From Amphiscolops sp. MND2022 (lineage: Eukaryota), in contig OZ076414.1 in assembly GCA_964187785.1 (NCBI GenBank), positions 40,982,001 through 41,046,000 of the forward strand: a DNA stretch of 64,000 bases, written 5' to 3'. Positions 39,105 to 50,800 of the stretch are shown piece after piece. Each line of letters begins with the position of its first letter. Position 1 is the first letter of the stretch. The position numbers and the translations under genes were made by a program. The notes below the pieces were generated by a model. That model was not told the origin of the DNA. It was given only the letters and a program-made list of their open reading frames with translations, and searched no databases.

Positions 39105-39440
39105 CTTTCTTTCGAGTCAAGCTTTTGATATCCTGAAAAAAGTACCGCTTATGTATGTGAGTGCTCAGGCTTCCAATTCTTTGAAAATATAAATTGCTTT
39201 CATATTGTTTTCGATTCAATAGCATACGAAAAGAAATAGTTCCAGCATGAAAGTTCCAAGAAACTCTAATATTTATAAGCAGGTTATTAATTTTCAGCAA
39301 AAAACAACCAATCAGAGAGCAACAACAAAATCTAATTTGAACATAAACACTCAGCAAATTCATAACCTAAAATCAACCAATGATAGAACAACAAGTCTAA
39401 TTGATTACAAAAATTAAATTCTTAAAACTTAACTAGCGAA

Positions 39441-42400
39441 ATGCAGCGTTGTGATATCTGTACCAAAACATTTGCTAACCGACAAAACTTGAATCGCCAC
39501 CGCAAAAACATTCATGGCGTAAGGCGGAACGTCCAAGAAATATTTTGTAGTCTCTGCAACTTCAGATCGCATTCACTGCTAGAAATGCAATCACACCTAT
39601 CAACAGAGCACGAAGGAAACCCAGTTAGGGTTTGCGTTTACTGTAAAAAAGTCTTTATTCAAGAGAAGGAATTCAAAAATCATTTACACAGTGAACATTC
39701 TTTACCTGCGTCCCAACCAATTGATCCGTCTGAAAACATTCGAACGAAATCAGCGTTTAAAAACACGTTCCAAAGTTTTTACGTAGATGGTGATGGTAGC
39801 ATTGACCTCATTCAATTCATGCTACAGAACGAGCTGATTGTTCGTCAAACTTTACTGGAAAATGCACAAAGTTCGCCACTGAAAATGCAAATGAGTGCAA
39901 ACATTCGACTGCAGAAACCTGTCGAAGAAAATCCAGAAACAATAGAGATCCACTTGAACACGGAAATGAGAACTGTTTTCGCAGATGGGCTTTCCACCGA
40001 GGATTACTTCGATATGATTGACAACATGCTAGCTATTCTATGTTCCTTCACAGCTCATGGCAGCGGATGGGCTCTGGAAAAAATAAACCACCTCGAAGTG
40101 AAAATGGCGAAATTTACACCAGTCAGAGGCTCGTCTTACATTGCACTACCCGGTGAGTTACAAGGTCTTCGCAGCCTTTTGAATATACGCAATCATCGCG
40201 ACAACAAGTGTTTCCTTTATTGCTTTACTGCCGCTTATCACTCACATCATGGCCCAGAACTTGAAACGGATACATGGCGAACAGTAACCAGTCCAACTCT
40301 CTATAGTTCTAACAACCCGTCAGCTCACCAAGCAAACGGGTTATACGACATGCCGATGGGCTTCAAAGATTTGCCGAGGTTTGAAAACTTGAACAGCGTG
40401 CAGGTTAATATATTCAGATACGAAAAAAAGCAGCTCTACCCTCTCCGGTTATCCAAGCGAACAGACCATGGTTTCACAATGGACTTGCTATTGTTACAAG
40501 AGGACGACGTCTACCATTATGTTTTGATAAAAAATTTATTGAATCTTGTGAATCACGTGAGACAACGTCGTCCCCGAACTGGAGACCTTATTTGCCGTAA
40601 TTGTTTCCATATCTGCACGCCAATCAATTACGAAAAGCACCGTGGTAATTGCTGTAAATTCGAACCTGCGGCTATTGAGATGCCATCCGAAGAACAAAAG
40701 AAAATAAAATTTCAAAACTTCAGTGCCCGGGCCAACGCACCAGTGGTTATTTACTTCGACTTAGAATCGCTGATCGTTCCCACAAATGTGAGCCAGAATC
40801 AGGATAGCAAAACTCGAGTTTTAGAAAAGCATGAACCATGCGGATTCTGTTTCGCCATAATTGAAGAAGGATCTGATCAACCTGCTTATCTATCGATCGA
40901 CAGATCTGAATCATGTATGAAAAAACTGGCGCATCAACTCCAGTCAGTGGCCAGAGAAGTCTATCAACGAAAACAAAGCCATCGAGTCTTTCAGGGAAGA
41001 CCACCTTACACAAGTGATCAAGCAACAGAATGCTGGATTTGTTGCTCACCCTTTGTAGATGAGACAAAAGTGTTGGACCACTGTCATTATTCAGGCAAGT
41101 TCCTGGGATACGCTCACAACCAATGTAATTTGAAGAGGAGAAGCACAAACTACGTGCCAGTTATAGCACATAATTCTTCAAATTATGATATTCATCATTT
41201 GTGTAAAAACTTGCACGAATTTGACCCTGAATGCAAAGTTGACATTATCCCTTTGACAGACGAAAAGTACGTCACCTTGTCCATTGGCGTCAAAGTGAAT
41301 TCTTTCACTGATAAAAACGGCGTTACAAAGAATGTATACGAATATTTACGATTCATTGATTCGTATCGCTTCTTACCATCATCATTGGACAAATTGGTTA
41401 GTTACCTACCACCAGAAAATTTCAAAATAATGGACACTTACTTTGAAAACTATCAACCTGTTGAAAAAGAATTATTGCACAAGAAAGGATTTTATCCTTA
41501 CAATTACTTTACAAACTTTGATAAGTTTGCAGAGAAAGAGTTACCTCCCCTAAAGTATTGGACAAACAGCTTGAAGGGTAACGAAACATCTATTACTGAA
41601 ACAGAGTACGCGCATGCACAGAAAGTTTTTGCAATTTTCGGATGCCAATGTCTCGGAGATTATCATGATCTTTACCTAAAAAGCGACACATTGTTGCTGG
41701 CGTGCGTGGTGGAGGCATTCAGAAAACTTTGCTATGACACTTATAGTCTCGACCCTGTTCACTACTTCACGTCCTCACATTTGTCAGGTGATGCATTCCT
41801 AAAAACATGTAATGCTGATATCGAGCTGCTCACAGACAGAGAACATCTAGAAATGACAGAAAACATGATTCGAGGTGGTGTAGCATCAGTTTTCTCCAAG
41901 AGGTTTTTCAAAGCTAACAATAAATATCAAATGTCCTTCAATCCAGACGAAGAGTCGACTTTTGGGTTCCTAGTTGATGCCAACAACCTGTATGGCGGAG
42001 TGATGGAGAAATTACCTCTTCCAACGAAAGACTTCAGAAAAGTTAACGTCACGCTGGAACACGTTCTACAAACACCAATTGATTCTCCCGTTGGTTATAT
42101 ACTAGAAGTTGATTTGGAGTATCCTGATGCTCTACACGACCTTCAAGAGGATTTTCCTTTAGCTCCAACCAAAGAGATTGTTGACGGAGCCTTTCTTAGT
42201 GACTATCAGCTAAACATTCTAGAACGAATGGGCATGAAAAATGTGAAAACAGCCAAACTGGTACAAACGCTGAACAGCAAAAACAATTATACTCTACACT
42301 ATTTAAATTTAAAACTGTATGTAGAGCTGGGTCTAGTCGTTCGAAAAGTTCATCGAGTACTTCAATTTCAGCAATCCACTTGGTTGAAACCCTACATAGT

Positions 42401-43709
42401 GAAAAATACGGAGAAGAGACAACAGTCAAACAACAAATTCGAGGAAAGTTTCTTCAAACTCATGAATAACAGCTGCTATGGAAAAACCTTGGAGAGTAAA
42501 AGAAACCGCGTAAATGTTCACCTGGTTAGAACTATACTAGCAGCTCAAAAGGCGGTTGATAAATCTCTGTTGAAAACATTCAAGATCTTCGACGAAAATC
42601 TTGCTGCGGTGACTCTGAAGCAGACCAAAATTTATTGGAATAAACCAACAATCGTGGGAGCATGCGTATTGGAGCTAGCTAAATATCACATGTACAACTT
42701 CCACTACAAAGTCATGAAAAAGTTTTTCGATTGCCAGCTTGTCTATTCAGACACTGATTCCTTACTTTACGAAATAAAGCACCCGGACTTGTACCAAGAA
42801 CTGGTAGAAAACCATGAGCTTAAACAAAACTTTGACTTTTCGAATTATCCAAGAAATCACCCTCTCTTCAGTGACAATAACAAAATGGTAACTTTGCTTT
42901 TCAAAGACGAAATGGGAGGAAAAATTATGGAAGAGTTTGTTGGCTTAAAGCCAAAGATGTATTCCATCAAGTTCGATGATGGTAAGCAAAAATTGTCTGC
43001 CAAGGGAGTTTCACGCTTCGCTCAAACATCATTGAAACATGACGTGTATAAAAACGTCCTTACAACGAATAACCTGATCCGAACAAACAACATAAGAATT
43101 GGTTCCCATAACCATCAATTGGAGACAATTTGCAACAACAAAATAGCTTTATCCGCTTTCGATGACAAGCGATTCATTCAAGAAAACGGTATTCAGACCC
43201 TGCCTTTCGGTCACTATCTAATAAGAGACATCGCAGCTTTCAGAGAAATACTGCAAGATCCTGATTGGGGCGAAGAAGAAATGGTAGGAAGTCCTGAGTG
43301 GGACACTCTTTTGCGAGATTATGGACCGGAACATTTTGACGACAGATCAAACAGGACACTACCTGAGCAACGAACACCTCCGCCAAGATCAGCCCTGAAC
43401 AGAACGCTAACACAGCTGAACGACAGTTGGTCACCGCCCGACCCTGGCTTTCATCAAGACGAATACACTGAGTCTGACTTGGATGAAGGAACCTTAGAAA
43501 TCATGGCAGAAGTTATGGGAACCCACATTTCCGACTTTTATGCAACGTATGGAGAAGAAATTTCAGAGCCTGTCAGAAATCCATACATAGATGATGAGGC
43601 AGAAGAAAGTGAAGTGATTTCAATCGATCCGGTGGGAGAAGAGGAACAACCTTCAAGAAAACGACGACGACATGTGATCATACTGAGTTCTGATGATGAT
43701 TCTCAATAG
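39441..43709 (+). CDS. Protein-primed family B DNA polymerase (pPolB) polyprotein, 1422 aa, intact (E2)
   Basis: C2H2 fingers; terminal protein/vOTU-like region (NHRDNKCFLYC); YFDLES; EndoVII-like CWIC..DHCH..G...G.AH..CN; HNSSNYD; DANNLY; KLMNNSCYGK; YSDTDS; acidic tail. Confidence 0.97.
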   Translation: MQRCDICTKTFANRQNLNRHRKNIHGVRRNVQEIFCSLCNFRSHSLLEMQSHLSTEHEGNPVRVCVYCKKVFIQEKEFKNHLHSEHSLPASQPIDPSENIRTKSAFKNTFQSFYVDGDGSIDLIQFMLQNELIVRQTLLENAQSSPLKMQMSANIRLQKPVEENPETIEIHLNTEMRTVFADGLSTEDYFDMIDNMLAILCSFTAHGSGWALEKINHLEVKMAKFTPVRGSSYIALPGELQGLRSLLNIRNHRDNKCFLYCFTAAYHSHHGPELETDTWRTVTSPTLYSSNNPSAHQANGLYDMPMGFKDLPRFENLNSVQVNIFRYEKKQLYPLRLSKRTDHGFTMDLLLLQEDDVYHYVLIKNLLNLVNHVRQRRPRTGDLICRNCFHICTPINYEKHRGNCCKFEPAAIEMPSEEQKKIKFQNFSARANAPVVIYFDLESLIVPTNVSQNQDSKTRVLEKHEPCGFCFAIIEEGSDQPAYLSIDRSESCMKKLAHQLQSVAREVYQRKQSHRVFQGRPPYTSDQATECWICCSPFVDETKVLDHCHYSGKFLGYAHNQCNLKRRSTNYVPVIAHNSSNYDIHHLCKNLHEFDPECKVDIIPLTDEKYVTLSIGVKVNSFTDKNGVTKNVYEYLRFIDSYRFLPSSLDKLVSYLPPENFKIMDTYFENYQPVEKELLHKKGFYPYNYFTNFDKFAEKELPPLKYWTNSLKGNETSITETEYAHAQKVFAIFGCQCLGDYHDLYLKSDTLLLACVVEAFRKLCYDTYSLDPVHYFTSSHLSGDAFLKTCNADIELLTDREHLEMTENMIRGGVASVFSKRFFKANNKYQMSFNPDEESTFGFLVDANNLYGGVMEKLPLPTKDFRKVNVTLEHVLQTPIDSPVGYILEVDLEYPDALHDLQEDFPLAPTKEIVDGAFLSDYQLNILERMGMKNVKTAKLVQTLNSKNNYTLHYLNLKLYVELGLVVRKVHRVLQFQQSTWLKPYIVKNTEKRQQSNNKFEESFFKLMNNSCYGKTLESKRNRVNVHLVRTILAAQKAVDKSLLKTFKIFDENLAAVTLKQTKIYWNKPTIVGACVLELAKYHMYNFHYKVMKKFFDCQLVYSDTDSLLYEIKHPDLYQELVENHELKQNFDFSNYPRNHPLFSDNNKMVTLLFKDEMGGKIMEEFVGLKPKMYSIKFDDGKQKLSAKGVSRFAQTSLKHDVYKNVLTTNNLIRTNNIRIGSHNHQLETICNNKIALSAFDDKRFIQENGIQTLPFGHYLIRDIAAFREILQDPDWGEEEMVGSPEWDTLLRDYGPEHFDDRSNRTLPEQRTPPPRSALNRTLTQLNDSWSPPDPGFHQDEYTESDLDEGTLEIMAEVMGTHISDFYATYGEEISEPVRNPYIDDEAEESEVISIDPVGEEEQPSRKRRRHVIILSSDDDSQ

Positions 43710-44204
43710 AACTTTTCCTGGACTTTCCTAACTACATATTTCATTCAGTTCTTGTCCAGTATTCATGATTTTGTTATTATTCATATCTGTTCAGTATCAT
43801 AAAACTTGGCTGACTTGTATTTTACGAGTTAGTAGATAGACACAACCACAAGAAATTCGCATACCTAAGCAAACATATTATTCAGGTATGTGTTCAAAGT
43901 AGGACAGGTTGAGGAGACAAAGAGAGACGCGATGACCCAGAAGCGTGTAATAGGAGAGAAAAACTAACGCTGAAGCGAAGCAAGCGTAAACAAAAGCTTG
44001 CGAACTTTCAAGGTGTTCTCTAGAGGCATCAAGTGTTGTTTTGTTTTGGTTATTCAACTGAAGAACCTATTCTAGTTGAAAGAAGACTAGTAAAAGTGAA
44101 AACTGAAACATAGCTCGACCACTCATTGGCTGATGCGAGCCAGTAATGTTCATCGATTAAGATTTTAAGCAATCTATACTGTTGCCTCCGCTAAATTCAT
44201 CATT

Positions 44205-46110
44205 TTTCTTTTCAAAAACCATGAAAAAAGTCGACAAAATAAAAACCCAGCGTGGGGGGCTATACCCCCTAGGAAGTACATTCAATGCTGAATCGAATGG
44301 TACCAACCCCCCACTCGTATCTTTACTATACGTGGAGAAATCGACAAAACATTTTTTGTAATTTTTTCAAATTTTTAGATTTTTTTCAAAAACCATCAAA
44401 AAAGTCGGGAAAATAAAAAACCCAGCGTGGGGGGCTATACCCCCTAGGAAGTACATTCAATGCTGAATCGAATGGTACCAACCCCCCACTCGTATCTTTA
44501 CTATACGTGGAGAAATCGACAAAACATTTTTTGTAATTTTTTCAAATTTTTAGATTTTTTCAAAAACCATCAAAAAAAGTCGGGAAAATAAAAAACCCAG
44601 CGTGGGGGGCTATACCCCCTAGGAAGTACATTCAATGCTGAATCGAATGGTACCAACCCCCCACTCGTATCTTTACTATACGTGGAGAAATCGACAAAAC
44701 ATTTTTTGTATTTTTTTTCAAATTTTTAGATTTTTTCAAAAACCATCAAAAAAAGTCGGGAAAATAAAAAAACCAGCGTGGGGGGCTATACCCCCTAGGA
44801 AGTACATTCAATGCTGAATCGAATGGTACCAACCCCCCACTCGTATCTTTACTATACGTGGAGAAATCGACAAAACATTTTTTGTAATTTTTTCAAATTT
44901 TTAGATTTTTTTCAAAGACCATCAAAAAAAGTCGGGAAAATAAAAAACCCAGCGTGGGGGGCTATACCTCCTAGGAAGTATATTCAATGCTGAATCGAAT
45001 GGTACCAACCCCCCACTCGTATCTTTACTATACGTGGAAAAATCGACAAAACATTTTTTGGATTTTTTTCAAATTTTTAGTTTTTTTCAAAAACCATCAA
45101 AAAAAGTCCGGAAAATAAAAAACCCAGCGTGGGGGGCTATACCCCCTAGGAAGTACATTCAATGCTGAATCGAATGGTACCAACCCCCCACTCGTATCTT
45201 TACTATTCGTGGAGAAATCGACAAAACATTTTTTGTAATTTTTTCAAATTTTTAGATTTTTTTCAAAAACCATCAAAAAAAGTCGGGAAAATAAAAAACC
45301 CAGCGTGGGGGGCTATACCCCCTAGGAAGTACATTCAATGCTGAATCGAATGGTACCAACCCCCCACTCGTATCTTTACTATACGTGGAGAAATCGACAA
45401 AACATTTTTTGTATTTTTTTCAAATTTTTAGATTTTTTTCAAAAACCATCAAAAAAAGTCGGGAAAATAAAAAACCCAGCGTGGGGGGCTATACCCCCTA
45501 GGAAGTACATTCAATGCTGAATCGAATGGTACCAACCCCCCACTCGTATCTTTACTATACGTGGAGAAATCGACAAAACATTTTTTGTATTTTTTTTCAA
45601 ATTTTTAGATTTTTTCAAAAACCATCAAAAAAAGTCGGGAAAATAAAAAACCCAGCGTGGGGGCTATACCCCCAAGGAAGTACAATCAATGCTGAATCGA
45701 ATGGTACCAACCCCCCACTCGTATCTTTACTATACGTGGAGAAATCGACAAAACATTTTTTGTATTTTTTTCAAATTTTTAGATTTTTTCAAAAACCATC
45801 AAAAAAAGTCGGGAAAATAAAAAACCCAGCGTGGGGGGCTATACCCCCAAGGAAGTACATTCAATGCTGAATCGAATGGTACCAACCCCCCACTCGTATC
45901 TTTACTATACGTGGAGAAATCGACAAAACAAATTCAAAAAATTTTCATTTTTTTTTTATTTTTTCGAAAAAACATTTAAAAAAGTCTGGAAAATGAAACA
46001 CCCAGCTTGTTGGGTTATATCCCGCTGGAAGCCCTTTTCATAACGAAGCGAATGGTACCACTTTCATGTGTGTATCTTTCTTGTACGAAGAGAAATTAAC
46101 AAAAATATTT
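44205..46110. repeat. Tandem array of 10 near-identical units of about 176 bp plus one degenerate unit
   Basis: CCCAGCGTGGGGGGCTATACCCCCTAGGAAGTACATTCAATGCTGAATCGAATGGTACCAACCCCCCACTCG.. recurs every 175-177 bp; variation is mostly in homopolymer lengths. Confidence 0.97.
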
Positions 46111-46248
46111 TCAAAAAATACCAAAAATAATGATTTTTCCCATTTTTTCCCTTAAAAAATCAATGAAAAATGGGTAAAAACGTTTCTTATCCACAAAAAA
46201 AACCTTCACACCATGGTTTCTATGCACCAGAAGCTTAAAAAAACTCAT

Positions 46249-46512
46249 AAAAAATTTTCCCGATCGGGGTTCGAACCCGACCCCTACCGGGGTGCCACCC
46301 CAATAAAAGTGCTCGGAATGCCTTTTTAGGGCATTTTTAGGTCTTTTTAGGGCGCTAGGGCGAAAATTTCGGGCACCCCCTAGGGCGCCAGGATGGTAAA
46401 ACCCCTTAGGTTTTTTGTCCGGGAAGCGGCGAACCCAAGGCGATTTTTAGTGCTCCCGTCCGCCCGCAAAGCGTGATTGTTCCCGTTGACTTAACCACTA
46501 CGCCAACGGGCC
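46249..46512 (-). ncRNA. Candidate Pol III transcript: tRNA 5' and 3' halves separated by an approximately 200-nt GC-rich insert
   Basis: TATTTATATA at -25 to -34; A box TGGCGTAGTGG (46505-46495); T arm TCGGG-TTCGAAC-CCCGA (46280-46264); acceptor CCCG/CGGG in register; T6 at 46254-46249. Confidence 0.55.
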
Positions 46513-46572
46513 ATTGAAATCAATAATTTTTACTACTATATAAATAAACAAAACGGTCGTAAAATTTTTATT

Positions 46573-46664
46573 ACGGTCGTAAAAATCAAGGATTAGACCC
46601 GTTGTTAACTGCCAAATCCCAAAGGACACCCCCCGTTGTGAACCCTCCCATCTTCCATACTACT
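46573..46664 (-). repeat. E2 right terminal inverted repeat
   Basis: Reverse complement of 28719-28810; ends ACTACT, followed by TSD AACATA. Confidence 0.96.
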
Positions 46665-46869
46665 AACATAGAAAAGTGAAACCTACTTCAATTGGAAGGT
46701 ACATGAAAATATATCTTGCATAGAGAACATATACAAAAGTCTACAGACTTTTTGGTGTGATGAAGTATCAAGTCGGCGCACTGCTTAATTAACAACTAGA
46801 AATTGAACTGACTATAAACTCTCATAAACAGCTGGAATTTATCTGTTCACAGCAGGGGGTGTCGAAAAA

Positions 46870-47460
46870 CTCAGTTTTGACCATATCAAAAGACTTTTGT
46901 TTCCAACTTGTTAACCCCAATTGACCTGGGCGTTTTTTGAAAAATTTCAAAAAATTGACAAAAAATTTTCAATCATCAATATCTCCACAACTACGCGTAC
47001 CAAAGAAACGAACTGTAGCGCGTTCGAAAGGTCTGGTATTGGGCTTTCATTTTGGTTAGGTGAGTCTGTCGCCGCGCGCTCATTCCTTCAGAATTTAAGT
47101 CTCTTTCCGGTACCGCCGCCTCGCGGCAGTTCCGCACTTCGCGACTTGTAGTAACAAAAGAATATTATAGGGGTTTGTTGCACCAGGACTTGTTGTGGAA
47201 GGGTATGTGGTTAGTTTTTTCTATTGATCAAAGACTTTTGAGAAAACTGGATTTTGTCAAAAACTGAATTGAGAAAATATAACTATTTTTTGTGCAAAAA
47301 ACCCATTTTTCTCATTTTTGGAGACATATTCCCTTTTTCTAATGCTTGTGCCATTCAAATCAATCTAGGTACCAATTACTTGCTGAAAAAAACTGTGCTA
47401 GAGAAAATGGGCTACTGGCAAAAGGAATCAGAACTCCGAAAGCGGGTACTTTAGGCTCTA
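46870..47460 (+). repeat. Host dispersed repeat family C
   Basis: TTTCCGGTACCGCCG..TCGCGGC..TTCCGCACTTC and downstream blocks match the reverse complement of about 61540-61930. Confidence 0.7.
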
Positions 47461-47894
47461 ACAACGCTCTTCATCTAAATTAAGACATCAAAAAATCACA
47501 ATGAGTGAAATTGCGCACACAGAAAATCATTAAAAAATGCCCAAAAATATGAGCTGGAAAAACCTAAAAGGGACCCTTTAATGAAATTCAGAACAGATCA
47601 AAAAAGTCGCACAATGCCGACAAAATCTCAAAAGTCATTGACTTTCATAGATCAGGTAAAAGTGCAGAATATTCAAAGGGGGTCGTCCTTTGGCCTCTTT
47701 GACCCGCAAGCAAAAATTTGTAGAACTATTTGGGTCACTCAGAAGGGATTGAAAAAAAAGACGGAAAATCACTATAATTGATAAAAAAAACGACTAATGA
47801 CGAATAACTTTGACGGTCGGCTCTATATTCATATGATCGCAGACTAAAATGGCTACAACAAAGTTCATGTAGTACAACGACGAGAAATAGGAAC

Positions 47895-50800
47895 CTGAGA
47901 TGTATTTCCTTGCACTCGAACAATTCAGGAGGGCACTTGTATCCGTGCTCAGAGGTCAAGTCGGCGGTGCAATGGGTGTCGGGTATCATGAGGTCATCTA
48001 GTTGGATGTCACTGACATTGGCACCTTTGCGCACACAGTGGTGCTTCAACTCTCCAAAGAACTGTACCCCCACTAGTCCGTACAGCGAAAGGAAAAATAG
48101 AAAGAACATCGTCACGTTCCACACTTGCTTGCCTGAACGCCTGAAATGATGCATTCAAGTTTATTGAAGTTGAAGGGTAAAAATTACTCTGTAAAAAAAT
48201 CACACCAGTGTAAAAGAGCCCAAAACTCTTTTTTTTTTCAAATGAATCTTTATACTGTCGAATCTTTATACTTTTTGTACTGGTTAAAAGGATCCGACAC
48301 CTGAACTGTACGATTAACGTCGTGTTAATAAAAGAGAATTTAAAACGCCTAGGACTTGCACAAGTTTTCCACTTCTCTGCTCGAGTCGAGCAGAGAAGTG
48401 GAAAACTTGTGCAAGTCCTAGGCGTTTTAAATTCTCTATTATTAACACGACGTTAAACTACAAGACAATAGAAACAGGAACATCTCAGTAGATCCTTCGT
48501 TCACTTATTCTGCTTCATCCAAAAATCACTGATGAATTTTGAGACGAACTGAGCAACTTGAACAATTTCGACAGGTTTCAGGAAATAAGAAGAGAGAATC
48601 TACGTCAGTCAAACGCTTCATAACAATGAGCAACGCATGACAGCATCATTCAGGCGACTAAGGAAGAACACTTCTAAAAACGAAACGCTTTCTAGGAATG
48701 AAGGCCACATTTTATATACATGTTTATGGAAAAGTATCGACACAACAAGACTTATACTATGTTTTCAAAGAAATACAGATGACTAATAGTCACACTTTTC
48801 TGAAAAAACAATAATCAACGTAGAATTACCACATATTTAAACGGAAGCTTTTGATGGCTCAGAAACAGGAAACGATGTTTGCCTCTCAATAAAAACTATT
48901 CATTGACAAATGACGTCATTAGCAGTCATCCACAGCAAGTAACAGTTAAAAAGCAGCTAGGCATTTTCACGGATAAATAGGACAGCACATTCTGATGTTC
49001 GTGTGTAACGACAACAAACTCGAGTTCGTGTTTGACGAATCCAACAAAGCAATGCATTTCGTCCATTGTGAATTACAGTTTCGCACGATGAAACGACATG
49101 ATATATAGCGAGGGCATTATTTTACGCAGATCAGCCAATAAAATAAGCGAATACGAGAAATGATATTCTTGATTTTCACTCAGTTTTGCCATACAAATCG
49201 AGAAACTCCATTCTTCCCAACAACCCGCAAACAAAACTCTAATGCAAGAGCTTGCAAAAGCAAATTCCCATTACATCTTGAAACAAGACATTTCCAGCAA
49301 ATTTAATGGCAAAACCTTGCCCACCGCCATTTTTCTCATATTCGTGTCCAACAGAAACAAAAAATGAAAATCTTTTTGGGTTTGCAAGTAAATTTGCAAT
49401 GGTGCCGAGAATTTCCTGCAGAAAAATACATTTCTAGTTCACTTTGCCCACAATTCATGGATAAAACTGTTTTCAAAACATAATATATATCATGTATCTT
49501 TGGGAACTTACAATAGTATTTGCTTAGGAACTTTGGGATAATATTTGTCGAAGACAGGAAACGAAACAGATTTCTCATTTTTATTCATACTTTGGCCGTC
49601 TATCTGCTGTAGAGAGAAGTCGAATAATCAACAAACCTGAATATTTTGGAGACTTTGTTATCCTCGGAAGTCAGGCTGACTGACTTGTTGGCTGACACCC
49701 TGAAGGATAAGTAGTGTCTCAGGGGCTTAAGGATGATCAGAGTGCGGGGCAGACGCAACATGCCGATTCCCCCGTTGGGCTTGAACCAGTTGAACAACAG
49801 CATCATCTTAAACAGCAAAAACATAGGAAGCTAGACAGTCTTTTATGATGAATGGTTCCGTTGCACCATTCGAAAACAATGTCTGTACTCGAAGATAGTG
49901 CATCGCAAATATGATTTGGGACCGTTTAAACAATTTATAGAATCCAGAGAAAGTGTAATAATCCAGAATTCATTGGAAACCAGCCAGAGCACTGACAGAG
50001 ATCTTCGATCAAGCAAAGCTTTAAACTTCTGGCGTCAAAGTAATGGGAAAACTGTCAGAAAAATTAATACTCACAAATTGTGTTGCAGGTGCGGTCACGT
50101 GATTTAACAGTGCCAAGAAATGGCACGAGATCTAGAAACTTCGACAACTAACCTGGATTGCCAAGGAAATCCAATGAAATGTGGTTACAATTGCATCGAA
50201 GCCCCTCCAGAATGAAAACAACCTGGTAGAACCCGCGTCCGTCGCCTTCGATCTCTAAAACATCATGTTTGGTACCATCTCAAATACTGGTAGAATCGAA
50301 ATCGGATGTGGTATCACACGCCGGAAGCTATTCAACATCGTTGAATAGACTGGAACGTGAATTTTCAAGTAAGATGCAGATCAAAACTTCAACAAAACGC
50401 TCAGTTTAGACCAAGTTCTGTTCAGCATGGAATATTGAGAAAGCTGAAAAAAGAAACACTCTGAGAAACAGCAAGTTTTTAAAATCCCTTGGTACTTGGA
50501 TGGCTCAATAACTTTATCTTACAGCAATGTGTGAGAGAATCTGTCAAGACGAAGGGAGATTTATAAAATTTATGAACAAAAACTTTGTTTCTTTCATTAT
50601 TTTCATTAAAATCTGTAACAATATGTCAACGATGGGCATCTTGTTGAGTCTCGGCGAAAAAAATTCGAGTGCACCGTTATATCGATCATGGCATCCCATG
50701 AAGGATAAGGGAATCATTTGGGATTAAAAACCTGATGATCTATTTGCAAACAACCAGTAATTTAATGCGGCATCAGTCAGAAGATATTGGACAATACACT

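Noticed and set aside
44635-46043. Repeated 60-aa ORFs (MLNRMVPTPHS...) in the 176-bp array
   Set aside because: A by-product of a unit length not divisible by 3; homopolymer indels shift the frames freely. Also not CRISPR, since there are no spacers.
46532-46537. Internal ACTACT as an alternative E2 terminus
   Set aside because: Not followed by the TSD and lies inside the TIR boundary; the terminus at 46664 gives a perfect AACATA duplication.
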